Source of the DNA: Burkholderiales bacterium
GTDB taxonomy: Bacteria; Pseudomonadota; Gammaproteobacteria; Burkholderiales; Casimicrobiaceae
Length of the DNA: 60,768 nucleotides
Assembly (NCBI GenBank): GCA_020845855.1
Contig: JADLEZ010000300.1
Location: forward strand, 1-60,768
Direction: 5' to 3'
Part shown: in pieces, positions 30,521 through 42,621 of the stretch
How positions within the stretch are numbered: position 1 is the stretch's first letter
Layout: each line of letters begins with the position of its first letter
Made by a program: the position numbers and the translations under genes
The notes under the pieces: generated by a model
The model's input: the letters and a program-made list of their open reading frames with translations, nothing else
What the model was told of the DNA's origin: nothing
Database searches by the model: none

Positions 30521-31222
30521 ATGGCAGTTTACGACCTCGAAGAACAGGACCAACTCGACGACCTCAAGGCCTGGTGGAAGCGCTGGGGCAACGCCGTCAC
30601 GTGGGCGGTGGCGCTGGCGGCGCTCGTGTTCGCCGGCGTGCAGGGCTGGCGCTGGTGGACGGCGAAGCAAGCGGAAGAGGCATCGGTGATCTACGGTGCG
30701 CTGGCGCAGGCGGTGCGCAACCACGAGCTGCCGAAGGCGAAGGAGGCCGGCGCGCAGCTCGCGGACAGGTTCGGGCGTACCGGTTACGCGTCGCGCGGCG
30801 CGCTCATGCTCGCCAAGGCGCTGTTCGACAGCGGCGACGTCGCGGGCGCGAAGGCGCAGGTGCAGTGGGTGATCGACCGCTCCGACGAGGATGCGCTCAA
30901 GGAGGTGGCGCGCTATCGCCTGGCCGAAATCCTGCTCAACGACAAGCAGTACGACGACGCGCTCAAGGTGCTCGACGCGAAGCACGGCGACCCGTTCGCG
31001 GGGCTGTACGCCGACCTGCGCGGCGACGCGCTCGCCGCCGCCGGCCGCATCGACGACGCGAAGGCGGCGTACCAGATGGCCCTCGCCAAGCTCGACGCCA
31101 AGTCGCAGTACAAGACCTATGTGCAGCTCAAGCTCGAGGCGCTGGGTGGCACGGTCGAGCCGCCCAAGCCGGAGGCCCCCAAGGCGAGCGGCAGCGCCGC
31201 CGCGGCGCCGGCGAAGAAATGA
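30521..31222 (+). CDS. yfgM: YfgM family TPR membrane protein
   Basis: YDLEEQDQLDDLKAWWKRWG, TM segment, DLRGD; between hisS and bamB. Confidence 0.9.
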   Translation: MAVYDLEEQDQLDDLKAWWKRWGNAVTWAVALAALVFAGVQGWRWWTAKQAEEASVIYGALAQAVRNHELPKAKEAGAQLADRFGRTGYASRGALMLAKALFDSGDVAGAKAQVQWVIDRSDEDALKEVARYRLAEILLNDKQYDDALKVLDAKHGDPFAGLYADLRGDALAAAGRIDDAKAAYQMALAKLDAKSQYKTYVQLKLEALGGTVEPPKPEAPKASGSAAAAPAKK

Positions 31223-32415
31223 CCTTTTCCCCTCTGATGTTGCGCGCGGGCGTGCTGACGCTGGCGGTGACGGTAGCCGCTGGCTGCGCGAGCACGTCGA
31301 CCTTCTCGATCTACGACTACCTGCCGGTCCCGCCCGCGTTCTCGCTGCGCTGGCTGTGGAATACCAAGAAGCCGGGACCGCTGCCGGAGTTGACGCCGTC
31401 GGCGACCGCGTCCGTCAACTGGCAGGCCGGCGTGGGCAAGGCCGTGCCCGGCTTCGCGCCCGCGGTGCTCCCCGACGCGATCTATGCGGCGTCCACCGAC
31501 GGCAGCATCACGCGCCTCGATCCCGCGAACGGGCGGCAGGTATGGCGCATCACCGCGGCCAAGGGCCTGTCCGCCGGCGTGGGCGCCGACGCCGACACCG
31601 TCGTGGTCGGCACCGACAAGGGCGAAGTATTCGCCTTCGACGCGAGCGGCAAGCAGAAATGGACGGCGCGGGTGTCCACCGAGGTGGTCGCGCCGCCGAA
31701 AGTCGCCGACGGCGTGGTTGCGGTGTTCGCCGGCGACGGCAGCGTGCATGCCCTGAATGCCGCCGACGGCAACAAGAGGTGGGTGAACCAGCGCATCACG
31801 CCGGCGCTCACGGTGCGCAACTACGCGGGCGGCGTCACCACCCGCGGCGGCCTGTTCGTCGGCACCGCCGGCGGGCGGCTCGTGGCGCTCGACATGAACT
31901 CGGGCATCGTCGGCTGGGACGGCACGGTGGCGAACCCCAAGGGCGCGACCGAGCTCGAGCGCATCGCCGACGTGACCTCGCTGCCCCTCATCGATGGCAC
32001 TCAGGTGTGCGCGGTCGCCTACCAGGGGCGCGTGGCGTGCTTCGACATCGCGCGCGGCACGCTCAACTGGTCGCGCGACGTATCGAGCCTGTACGGGCTC
32101 ACCGGCGACGGCAGGAACATCTATGTCACCGACGACAAGGGCGCCGTCCAGGCGCTCGACCGCAGCACCGGCGCATCGGTGTGGAAGCAGGACCGCCTCG
32201 CCGAGCGCAAGATCGGCGGGCCGCAGGTGCTCGGCGACTTCGTCGCGGTGGTCGACGTCGAGGGCTACGTGCACCTGCTCGCCGCCGCCAACGGCGCGTA
32301 CGTCGCCCGCATGGCCACCGACGGCACGCCCGCGACGTCGCAGCCCGCTGTCTTCCTGTCGAGCATCTTGTTCCAGTCGGCAGGCGGGAATCTGTACGCC
32401 GTGACCGGTAAATAG
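31219..32415 (+). CDS. bamB: Outer membrane protein assembly factor BamB
   Basis: Lipobox AAGC, PQQ-like beta-propeller repeats, GATELERIADV; conserved position. Confidence 0.92.
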   Translation: MTFSPLMLRAGVLTLAVTVAAGCASTSTFSIYDYLPVPPAFSLRWLWNTKKPGPLPELTPSATASVNWQAGVGKAVPGFAPAVLPDAIYAASTDGSITRLDPANGRQVWRITAAKGLSAGVGADADTVVVGTDKGEVFAFDASGKQKWTARVSTEVVAPPKVADGVVAVFAGDGSVHALNAADGNKRWVNQRITPALTVRNYAGGVTTRGGLFVGTAGGRLVALDMNSGIVGWDGTVANPKGATELERIADVTSLPLIDGTQVCAVAYQGRVACFDIARGTLNWSRDVSSLYGLTGDGRNIYVTDDKGAVQALDRSTGASVWKQDRLAERKIGGPQVLGDFVAVVDVEGYVHLLAAANGAYVARMATDGTPATSQPAVFLSSILFQSAGGNLYAVTGK

Positions 32416-32580
32416 GGTCAGAGTCGATACTCGAAGGAATACGGGGTCAGAGTCGATACTCGATGGAATACGGGGTCAGAGTCGAATTTCTGCTGCGCTT
32501 CGGTACCATCGATCGGCCTTGCTGCCTCGCCCGCAAGGCGAAATTCGAATCTGACCCTGTCGAAATTCGAATCTGACCCT
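32415..32580. repeat. Family A cluster: two ~29-bp tandem arm copies, full unit 32472-32557, extra right arm 32561-32579
   Basis: (G)GGGTCAGAGTCGATACTCGAwGGAATAC twice, then GGGGTCAGAGTCGAATTTCTGCTGC...GAAATTCGAATCTGACCC. Confidence 0.92.
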
Positions 32581-33942
32581 GTGCTGCCCACCATCGCACT
32601 CGTCGGCCGCCCCAACGTCGGCAAGTCCACGCTCTTCAACCGTCTGACCAAGTCGCGCGACGCGCTGGTTGCCGATTTTCCCGGACTCACCCGCGACCGT
32701 CACTACGGGCGCGCGCGGCTCGGCGATCGCGCCTGCTTCGTGGTCGACACCGGCGGCTTCGAGCCCAAGGCGACGAGCGGCATCCTGCACGCGATGGCGC
32801 GGCAGACCAAGCAGGCGATCGCGGAGTGCGACGTCGTGGTGTTCATCGTCGACGGCCGCGACGGCCTGACCCCGCAGGACGCGGTGATCGCCGATCTGTT
32901 GCGCAAGTCCGGGCGGCCGGTCGTGCTCGCGGTCAACAAGGCGGAAGGTTTGCCCGCCGAGCGCACCGTGGCGGAATTCCACGAGCTAGGCCTTGGGCCA
33001 CCGGTCGCGATCTCCGCCGCGCACGGCGAGAACGTGCGGCCGCTGTTCGAGCACGTGCTCGACCTCGCGGGGGGCGGCGAGGGCGAGGAAACGCTGGGCG
33101 CAGCGGAAGACCGCGAACGCCCCGATACCATCGACGTCGCGATCGTCGGCCGCCCCAACGTCGGCAAATCCACCCTGGTCAACGCGATCCTGGGCGAGGA
33201 GCGAATGATCGCCTTCGACGAGCCCGGCACCACGCGCGACGCGATCCGCCTCGACTTCATCCGCGGCGGCCAGAAGTACACGCTGATCGACACCGCCGGC
33301 ATCCGCCGCCGCGGCAAGGTGTTCGAGGCGGTCGAGAAGTTCTCGGTGATCAAGACGCTGCAGGCGATCGAGGACGCGCACGTGGTGGTGCTGTTGCTCG
33401 ACGCCCGGCACACCATCACCGAGCAGGACGCGCATCTGGCTGGCCACATCCTCGACGCCGGCCGCGCGCTGGTGGTCGCGGTGAACAAGTGGGACGCGGC
33501 GGATGCCGACGTGCGCGCGCAGGCCAAGCGCGACCTCGAACGCAAGATGGGCTTCCTCGATTTTGCCGCCCACCACTTCATCTCGGCGAAGCACGGCCAG
33601 GGCATCCCGGCGGTGCTGAAGTCGGTGCGCGAGGCGTTCGCGGCCGCCATGGCCAAGCTCCCGACGCCGCGGCTCACCCGCACGCTGCAGCTTGCGGTGG
33701 AGCGCCAGCAGCCGCCCCGCGCCGGCCTCGTGCGCCCGAAGCTGCGCTACGCGCACCAGGGCGGGGTCAACCCGCCACTCGTGGTGATCCACGGCACCGC
33801 CCTGCGGCACGTGCCGGACTCCTATCGGCGCTACCTGGAACGATTCTTCGCCGACGCGTTCCAACTGCGCGGCACCCCCCTTAGGATACAATTCAAGGCG
33901 AGCGCCAACCCGTACGCGGACACATCTGCCAGACGGCGTTAG
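32581..33942 (+). CDS. der: Ribosome biogenesis GTPase Der (EngA)
   Basis: Two [11 protein letters not shown]-domains; DTGG and DTAG motifs. Confidence 0.98.
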   Translation: MLPTIALVGRPNVGKSTLFNRLTKSRDALVADFPGLTRDRHYGRARLGDRACFVVDTGGFEPKATSGILHAMARQTKQAIAECDVVVFIVDGRDGLTPQDAVIADLLRKSGRPVVLAVNKAEGLPAERTVAEFHELGLGPPVAISAAHGENVRPLFEHVLDLAGGGEGEETLGAAEDRERPDTIDVAIVGRPNVGKSTLVNAILGEERMIAFDEPGTTRDAIRLDFIRGGQKYTLIDTAGIRRRGKVFEAVEKFSVIKTLQAIEDAHVVVLLLDARHTITEQDAHLAGHILDAGRALVVAVNKWDAADADVRAQAKRDLERKMGFLDFAAHHFISAKHGQGIPAVLKSVREAFAAAMAKLPTPRLTRTLQLAVERQQPPRAGLVRPKLRYAHQGGVNPPLVVIHGTALRHVPDSYRRYLERFFADAFQLRGTPLRIQFKASANPYADTSARRR

Positions 33943-34017
33943 GCCGCTTTCGCGGCACGCGGCCCGCCCGGGGGTGCCGGCGTGCAGAGCGAAAAATACA
34001 AAAGCGGAGCGGAAGCG

Positions 34018-34269
34018 ATGAGCAATAAAGGGCAAATGCTTCAAGACCCGTTCCTGAACACGCTGCGCAAGGAGCACGTTCAGGTTTCGATCTACCTCGT
34101 GAACGGCATCAAGCTGCAGGGCCAGATCGAGTCGTTCGACCAGTATGTCGTCCTGCTCAAGAACACCGTCACCCAAATGGTGTACAAGCACGCGATCTCG
34201 ACGGTGGTTCCCGCCCGCCCGGTCGCGATGCCCCACCACGCGCCGAATCAGGAGTCAGGAGACAGTTGA
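34018..34269 (+). CDS. hfq: RNA chaperone Hfq
   Basis: [24 protein letters not shown]. Confidence 0.98.
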   Translation: MSNKGQMLQDPFLNTLRKEHVQVSIYLVNGIKLQGQIESFDQYVVLLKNTVTQMVYKHAISTVVPARPVAMPHHAPNQESGDS

Positions 34270-34366
34270 CAGTGGTCAGCTGCCCGCTATCAGCTGTCGG
34301 CCATCAGCAACGGCGCGCAGGCGGCTGGTGCCGGTTTTGCCGATAGCTGATAGCTGAAAGCCGACA
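34261..34366. repeat. Inverted arrays of 7-bp units
   Basis: GACAGTT GACAGTG GTCAGCT GCCCGCT ATCAGCT GTCGGCC ATCAGCA ... GCCGATA GCTGATA GCTGAAA GCCGACA. Confidence 0.75.
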
Positions 34367-34369
34367 CCT

Positions 34370-35515
34370 GTGTTTGAGCGTCCCAGCCGGGGCAACCGCG
34401 CCCTGCTCGTCGTGCTCGACTTCGGCAACGACGGCGCCGCCTATCGCCGCCAGGAGCTCGCCGAGCTCGCTCTGTCCGCGGGAGCGGTGGTGGCGGGCAC
34501 GGTGACGGGCCGCCGCGCGCGCCCCGATCCCGCGTATTTTGCTGGCCGCGGCAAGGTCGACGAGATCGACGCGCAGCGGCGCGAAGCCAGCGCCGACCTC
34601 GTCATCTTCGACCACGCACTGTCCGGCGTGCAGCAGCGCAACCTCGAGCAACGGCTCGAGTGCCGCGTGGTCGATCGCACGAGCCTCATCCTCGACATTT
34701 TCGCGCTGCGCGCGCGCAGCGCCGAAGGCAAGCTACAGGTCGAGCTCGCGCAGCTTGCGCACCTCGCCACGCGCCTGGCCGGCGGCTGGACCCACCTCGA
34801 ACGGCAGAAAGGCGGCATCGGCCTGCGCGGCCCCGGCGAGACGCAGCTCGAGACCGACCGCCGGCTCATCGGGCAGCGGGTCAAGGTGTTGCGCGCGCGC
34901 ATCGCCCGTGTCGCGCGGAGCCGCGCCGTGCAAAGCCGCACCCGCCGGCGCGCCGACGTGCGCACGGTCGCGCTCGTGGGTTACACCAACGCCGGCAAGT
35001 CGACGCTGTTCAATCGTCTCACCGGCGCGCAGGCGCTCGCCGCCGACCATTTGTTCGCGACCCTCGACACCACGCTGCGTAAGGTCCACGTGCCCGGCGG
35101 GGCGCCGATCGTGCTCTCGGACACCGTCGGCTTCATCCGCGAGCTGCCGCACGACCTCGTGGCGGCGTTCCGCTCGACCCTGACCGAGGCCGCCGACGCC
35201 GATCTCCTGCTGCACGTGATCGACGGCGCCTCGTCCGAGCGCGACCTGCAGGAGGCGGCGGTCGAGGGCGTGCTGGCCGAGATCGGCGCCGCGGACGTTC
35301 CGCGCATCCGGGTGATCAACAAGGTCGACCAGTCGTCGCTGCCCCCCGGGGTGGAGCACGACGCCTGTGGTACCATTTCCACGGTTCGCTTGAGCGCCTT
35401 GACCGGCGCCGGATGCGAAGGCCTCCTCACCGCGCTTGCCACGCGCTTTCCGGCCGGCGCCAGCCACGCGCCGATGCCAGCGCACGAGGCAACGGAGGTC
35501 CACGACGAGGCTTGA
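34370..35515 (+). CDS. hflX: GTPase HflX
   Basis: DIFALRA..EGKLQVELAQL, GYTNAGKSTL and DTVGFI motifs. Confidence 0.97.
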   Translation: MFERPSRGNRALLVVLDFGNDGAAYRRQELAELALSAGAVVAGTVTGRRARPDPAYFAGRGKVDEIDAQRREASADLVIFDHALSGVQQRNLEQRLECRVVDRTSLILDIFALRARSAEGKLQVELAQLAHLATRLAGGWTHLERQKGGIGLRGPGETQLETDRRLIGQRVKVLRARIARVARSRAVQSRTRRRADVRTVALVGYTNAGKSTLFNRLTGAQALAADHLFATLDTTLRKVHVPGGAPIVLSDTVGFIRELPHDLVAAFRSTLTEAADADLLLHVIDGASSERDLQEAAVEGVLAEIGAADVPRIRVINKVDQSSLPPGVEHDACGTISTVRLSALTGAGCEGLLTALATRFPAGASHAPMPAHEATEVHDEA

Positions 35516-35640
35516 GCGCGAGGGGCCCTAGCGAGCAAGGCGGCCGAGACCCTAAGGTCGAGGCAAGGCCCGCAGGGCGCGTCGCCGCGCAAGCGTACGT
35601 GGCCGACGCGCGGAAGCATGCGTGACGCGAGCAGAACAAG

Positions 35641-35700
35641 GAGGCCACGCTCCCGAACGCGAATTTGCCCCGAAGCGCGCAGCGCGGAGGGTAGTCCAAC
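35641..35700 (+). repeat. Family F element
   Basis: CGCTCCCGAACGCGAATTTGCCCCGAAGCGCGCAGCGCGGAGGGTAGTCCAA matches 20722-20774. Confidence 0.8.
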
Positions 35701-35733
35701 CAGCTCCAGTATCCATTATTTCTTTCGGACTCG

Positions 35734-36912
35734 ATGTCCCTCAACGATCCCCAGTGGGGCAAGCGCGGGAATAGCGGCGGTCCGCCCGATCTCGACGAGA
35801 TCTGGCGCAACGTCAACCGCCGCATGAGCGACCTGCTCGGTCGCCGCAACCAAGGCCAAGGCGATGCCGGTAACGGTGGCGGCCCGCCGCGGCGGGGCTT
35901 GGCGCTCGGCGGCGCGGGCCTGCTCGCGCTGCTGGTGCTCGTCGTCTGGCTCGCCAGCGGGTTCTACATCGTCGACGAAGGCCGCCGCGGGGTCGTGACG
36001 CGCTTCGGCAAGTACACCGAAACCACCCAGCCCGGGCCACGCTGGCACCTGCCGTTCCCGATCGAGACGGTCGAACTCGTCGACTTCAAGCAGGTGCGCA
36101 CCGTCGAGATCGGCTATCGCAACCAGCCGGCGAACCGCAACGCCAAAGAGATGACGATGCTGACCGAGGACGAGAACATCATCGACATCCAGTTCGCGGT
36201 GCAGTACGACCTCAACAGCGCGGAGGCTTTCGTCTTCAACAACCGCAAGCCGGAGGAGATGGTCAAGTTCGTGGCCGAGTCGGCCATCCGCGAGGTAGTC
36301 GGCCGAGCCAAGATGGACTTCGCGCTGTACGAAGGCCGCGAGCAGATCGCGCAACAGACGCGCGATCTCATGCAGAAGTCGATGGACCGCTACAAGACCG
36401 GTGTGAACATCCAGAAGGTCACGCTGCAGAGCGTGCAGCCGCCGGACAAGGTGCAGGCGGCCTTCGACGACGCGGTGAAGGCGGCGCAGGACCGGGTGCG
36501 CCTCGTCAACGAAGGCCAGGCTTACGCCAACGACGTCGTGCCGCGCGCGCGCGGCTTGGCGTCGCGCCTCCTGGAGGAGGCCAACGGCTACGGCACCGAG
36601 GTCACGCAAAGAGCGGAAGGCGACGCCTCGCGCTTCCGCTCCATCGTGGCCGAGTACGCCAAGGCGCCCGCGGTCACCCGCGACCGGTTGTATCTCGACA
36701 TGATGCAGTCGGTGCTCGGCAACTCGAGCAAGGTGCTGATCGACCAGAAGGGCGCCAGCCTGCTGGGCCTGCCGCTGGACAAGCTGATGCAGCAGAGTGC
36801 GCCCGGAGCCGCGGAGGCCGCAGTGCCGCCGCGGCCCTCGGCGCCCGCCCCCGAGGCACCGCCCGCGGCCGATCCACGCACGCGCGAAAGCCTGCGCAGC
36901 CGCGAACGCTAG
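35734..36912 (+). CDS. hflK: FtsH modulator HflK
   Basis: MSLNDPQWG..GPPDLDE and SPFH domain. Confidence 0.96.
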   Translation: MSLNDPQWGKRGNSGGPPDLDEIWRNVNRRMSDLLGRRNQGQGDAGNGGGPPRRGLALGGAGLLALLVLVVWLASGFYIVDEGRRGVVTRFGKYTETTQPGPRWHLPFPIETVELVDFKQVRTVEIGYRNQPANRNAKEMTMLTEDENIIDIQFAVQYDLNSAEAFVFNNRKPEEMVKFVAESAIREVVGRAKMDFALYEGREQIAQQTRDLMQKSMDRYKTGVNIQKVTLQSVQPPDKVQAAFDDAVKAAQDRVRLVNEGQAYANDVVPRARGLASRLLEEANGYGTEVTQRAEGDASRFRSIVAEYAKAPAVTRDRLYLDMMQSVLGNSSKVLIDQKGASLLGLPLDKLMQQSAPGAAEAAVPPRPSAPAPEAPPAADPRTRESLRSRER

Positions 36913-36928
36913 GCTAGGATACGCGGCC

Positions 36929-37828
36929 ATGCGACTCACCATGCCCCTCCTCGCGCTCCTCGTGGCGCTCGTCATCGTCGCGTCGCAGGCGGTCTACACC
37001 GTCGAGCAGACGCGTTACGCCATCAAGTTCCAGTTGGGCGAGATCATCGGCGTCAACGACACCGCCGGCCTGTACTTCAAGGTCCCGCTGGTGCAAAACG
37101 TGCGCTACTTCGACCGCCGCAACCTCACCCTCGAGAACAGCGACGTCGACCGCGTGGTCACGTCGGAGAAGACGCCGCTCGAGGTCGACTTCGTCGTGCT
37201 CTGGCGCATCGTGGACGTCCGGCAGTACTACGTTGCCGTCCAGGGCAACGAGGACGCGGCGCGGGCGCGACTGTCGCAAACCGTGCGCAGCAACTTGGCG
37301 GAGGAGTTCAACAAGTCGACCATGCACGAGGCCATTTCCACCGGCCGCGACCGGATCATGAACGAGACGCGGGTCAAGGCCGACCAGGACGCGCGCAACA
37401 TCGGCGTCGAGGTGGTCGACGTGCGGCTGCGCCGGGTCGCGCTGCCAGCCGATGTGACCGGTCCGGTATACGCGCGCATGGAATCGGAGCGGCGGCGGGT
37501 GGCCAACGAGCTGCGCTCGCTCGGCGCCGCCGAATCGGAAAAGATCCGTGCCGACGCCGACCGCCAGCGGCAGGTGATTCTCGCCGACGCCTACCGTCAG
37601 GCGCAGAAGATCAAGGGCGAAGGCGACGCCAAGGCGGCGGCGATCTACGCGGCGGCGTACAGCCCGAACCCCGAGTTCTACGCGTTCTACCGAAGCCTCG
37701 AGGCGTACAAGGCGACGTTCCGCGGGCGCAACGACTTGATGGTGCTCGATCCGAGCGGCGAGTTCTTCCAGTACTTCAGGAACTCGAATGGCGCCCGCGC
37801 GCCGCGGCCGGTGGCGCCGGCGAAGTAG
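36929..37828 (+). CDS. hflC: FtsH modulator HflC
   Basis: RMESERRRVANELRSLG and FYAFYRSLEAY motifs; follows hflK. Confidence 0.96.
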   Translation: MRLTMPLLALLVALVIVASQAVYTVEQTRYAIKFQLGEIIGVNDTAGLYFKVPLVQNVRYFDRRNLTLENSDVDRVVTSEKTPLEVDFVVLWRIVDVRQYYVAVQGNEDAARARLSQTVRSNLAEEFNKSTMHEAISTGRDRIMNETRVKADQDARNIGVEVVDVRLRRVALPADVTGPVYARMESERRRVANELRSLGAAESEKIRADADRQRQVILADAYRQAQKIKGEGDAKAAAIYAAAYSPNPEFYAFYRSLEAYKATFRGRNDLMVLDPSGEFFQYFRNSNGARAPRPVAPAK

Positions 37829-37850
37829 CGCCGCGGCGTCGCCATCGCGC

Positions 37851-38031
37851 GTGGACTCGCTGTGGGCGGCCTTGGCCATGGTCCTCATCCTGGAAGGCCT
37901 CCTGCCCTTCTGCGCGCCGTCGCTGTGGCGTGAGACATTCCGCAAGGTCACCGAAATGAGCGACGGGCAGCTTCGCTTCATCGGGCTCGTTTCGATTGGG
38001 ATCGGCGTGATCGGTCTGCTCGCATTGCAGT

Positions 38032-38039
<8 letters not shown>
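37851..38039 (+). CDS. DUF2065 (YjeT) small membrane protein
   Basis: ALAMVLILEGLLPF..DGQLRFIGL; conserved position after hflC. Confidence 0.88.
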
Positions 38040-40478
<2,439 letters not shown>

Positions 40479-40479
40479 G

Positions 40480-40509
40480 CGGGCGAAAGTACACTCCTAC
40501 TTTCGCCCG
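40480..40509 (+). terminator. Stem-loop after purA (no U-tract)
   Basis: CGGGCGAAAGTA-CACTCC-TACTTTCGCCCG. Confidence 0.45.
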
Positions 40510-40602
40510 GTCAGGTCGGCCACGAATCGCGGGCGGAGCCCGACGATTAGTGGTAGAACTGCCACCCGAGATCGATAAGAGGCGTAGCGCGGAGGGAAAT
40601 CA

Positions 40603-41118
40603 TTGAGTTTGAAGGTGACCTGGGAGGAGTACAACACGCTGGTCGAAAAACTCGCCTACGCGGTGCACGAGTCCGGCTACCACTTCAACCAGATCATCTG
40701 CATCGCGCGCGGCGGCCTGCGCGTCGGCGACGTGCTCTCGCGCATCTACGAAAAGCCGCTGGCCATTCTGTCGACGCACTCGTACACCGCCGAGGGCGGC
40801 ACCGTCCGCGGCCAGCTCGTGATCGCCGAGCACATGACCATGACCAAACCGCGGTTGGGAGAGCGCGTGCTGCTGGTCGACGACATGGTCGACTCCGGAC
40901 ACACGCTGGAAGCGGTCTACAAGGAACTGCCGAATCGCTTCCCACACGTCAGCGAGCTGCGCACGGCGGTGCTGTGGTGGAAGGCGTGCTCCGTGTTCAA
41001 GCCCGACTACTACGTACAGTACCTGCCCGACAACCCCTGGATCCACCAGCCGTTCGAGGTCTACGACAACCTCGGGCCGGACGGATTGAAGGAACGGTTG
41101 TCGGGCCGCGCCAGCTAG
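40603..41118 (+). CDS. Phosphoribosyltransferase (purine salvage type)
   Basis: IARGGL and the VLLVDDMVDSGHT PRPP-binding motif; follows purA. Confidence 0.92.
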   Translation: MSLKVTWEEYNTLVEKLAYAVHESGYHFNQIICIARGGLRVGDVLSRIYEKPLAILSTHSYTAEGGTVRGQLVIAEHMTMTKPRLGERVLLVDDMVDSGHTLEAVYKELPNRFPHVSELRTAVLWWKACSVFKPDYYVQYLPDNPWIHQPFEVYDNLGPDGLKERLSGRAS

Positions 41119-41274
41119 TCGTTTGTCGACTTTTCGCGGCCGTATCCAATCCGGTGTCATCCCGAGCGAAGCGAGGGATCCGCTTTCGCGTCGAATCAGC
41201 GAGTTGCGTAAAGCAGATCCCTCGTCGCCGTCGCTCCTCGGGATGACACAGTGGGATTTTCAACGAGCTGCTAG
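41115..41274. mobile_element. Putative MITE containing a family B palindrome (41154-41249), bounded by CTAG on both sides
   Basis: CTAG at 41115-41118 and 41271-41274; arms and tail shared with 9091-9207. Confidence 0.65.
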
Positions 41275-41276
41275 CC

Positions 41277-41708
41277 TCAGCGCTTCTTCGCGGCGGGCTT
41301 CTTCGACGCTGCCCGCCGGGATGCCGGCTTCGCGGCCTTGCGCGCGGTCTTTTTGCCGGCCGGCTTCTTGCGTGCCTTGGGCTTGCCCGCGACCGCGCGC
41401 TTGACCTTGCCGGCAGCCTTCTTGCCCGCCGCCGCGGCCGACTTCGCCTGCCGCTTGACCACCCGCTTGGCCTTCTTCGCCGCACCCGCCGCGCCCGCTT
41501 CCGCTGCCTTGGCCTTGCGCTTGATCGTCGCCTTGGCCGCGCGCGCCTTCTTCTCCACGGCGGCCTTGGCTTTGCCCGCCTGGCGGGCGACGTCGTCGAC
41601 CACCGCACCGGCCTTGCGGGCCAGGGTGGCGCCCACCGCCGAGGCCTTCTCCTTCGCGGCGTCCACCGCTTCGCCGATCCTCGTCATCACCGTCTTGTCG
41701 TCGCTCAT
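41277..41708 (-). CDS. Lys/Ala-rich histone H1-like basic protein
   Basis: 143 aa, strongly K/A/R-rich (KKPAAKKR-type repeats); GGAGGT RBS upstream of ATG 41708. Confidence 0.75.
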   Translation of the reverse strand: MSDDKTVMTRIGEAVDAAKEKASAVGATLARKAGAVVDDVARQAGKAKAAVEKKARAAKATIKRKAKAAEAGAAGAAKKAKRVVKRQAKSAAAAGKKAAGKVKRAVAGKPKARKKPAGKKTARKAAKPASRRAASKKPAAKKR

Positions 41709-41821
41709 GTTGCACCTCCGCCCTGCCGGGAACAGCGCGAGCATACCAAGGGACGACGCCGTTTGTATGTGCGGCATCGGTACGCTACCGTAGCGTAATC
41801 GTCATCCACAGGGGACCCTCC

Positions 41822-42583
41822 ATGCGCTGCGCCTCATTCCTTGCCCTGCTGCTCGCGTCGGTGAACGCCGCCGCGCAGTCGGGCTACTTCACGGGCGTCA
41901 CGCCGAAGCCGCACGACGTGTTTCCCCTCGCGGCAAGCCTGACGGTGACCCGCAGCGCGCCCGCCGGCGGCGTGCCGAATGTCGTGCCCGCGCTGTACAC
42001 CCACGTCACCACCCATCCGGATTCACAGTCGCTCGAATGGGCGAACCTCACCGTCCTGCACAACCCGTCCAACCACGGCTACAACGTGTCCTCGTACAGC
42101 CAGGCGCACAAGACGGGCCTCGGGCCCACGTGGGCCGGGGTGATGGAATTGCAGGATGCAACCGGTCGCGGGGGCTTCTACGCGCTGGAGGTGGACGCGC
42201 TGACGACCGGCCCCAGCCCCGTGCCCGGCAGCCAGGGCGGCGACCGCATCGGGCTCGGCATCATCGTCGGGCGCGCGTTCGAGACCGGGCCCAAGGCCAC
42301 CGTCGACTACGGCGTGATGATCGCGCCGATGGGCCTCGAGGACGAGCACTCCGACGTCAACTTCGGGATGATGGTCTGGTCGCAGTGCCGCTACGCGTGC
42401 TACGCGATGCGCGCGGGCAACAAGATCGCGTACGAGGAATCAGCGGCGATCGCGAGCAAGTTCGATCCCGAAACGGGACGCTGGGGCCTATATAACGGCG
42501 ACCGGCCGCTCTTCGAGGTGGACGTGGCGAGCGGCGAGTTGCGCGTCAACGGCCGGCCGGTTGCGATAACCTACAAGGATTAG
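41822..42583 (+). CDS. Hypothetical exported protein
   Basis: 253 aa; signal peptide ending AAA-Q; AGGGGA RBS; host-like codon usage. Confidence 0.75.
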   Translation: MRCASFLALLLASVNAAAQSGYFTGVTPKPHDVFPLAASLTVTRSAPAGGVPNVVPALYTHVTTHPDSQSLEWANLTVLHNPSNHGYNVSSYSQAHKTGLGPTWAGVMELQDATGRGGFYALEVDALTTGPSPVPGSQGGDRIGLGIIVGRAFETGPKATVDYGVMIAPMGLEDEHSDVNFGMMVWSQCRYACYAMRAGNKIAYEESAAIASKFDPETGRWGLYNGDRPLFEVDVASGELRVNGRPVAITYKD

Positions 42584-42607
42584 AAGCGAGCGCGCCGCGC
42601 TCGCTTC
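42583..42607. terminator. Stem-loop between the convergent hypothetical gene and tRNA-Leu
   Basis: GAAGCGAGCGC-GCC-GCGCTCGCTTC. Confidence 0.5.
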
Positions 42608-42621
42608 CTTCAGAAGTTTTC

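Noticed and set aside
32413-32583. bamB and der are in frame across a 165-nt spacer (possible readthrough fusion)
   Set aside because: Frame agreement has a one-in-three chance, and a lipoprotein fused to a cytoplasmic GTPase is implausible.
35516-35640. GC-rich intergenic stretch weakly similar to family E (AGGCCCGCAGGGCG)
   Set aside because: The similarity is too short to assign by eye.
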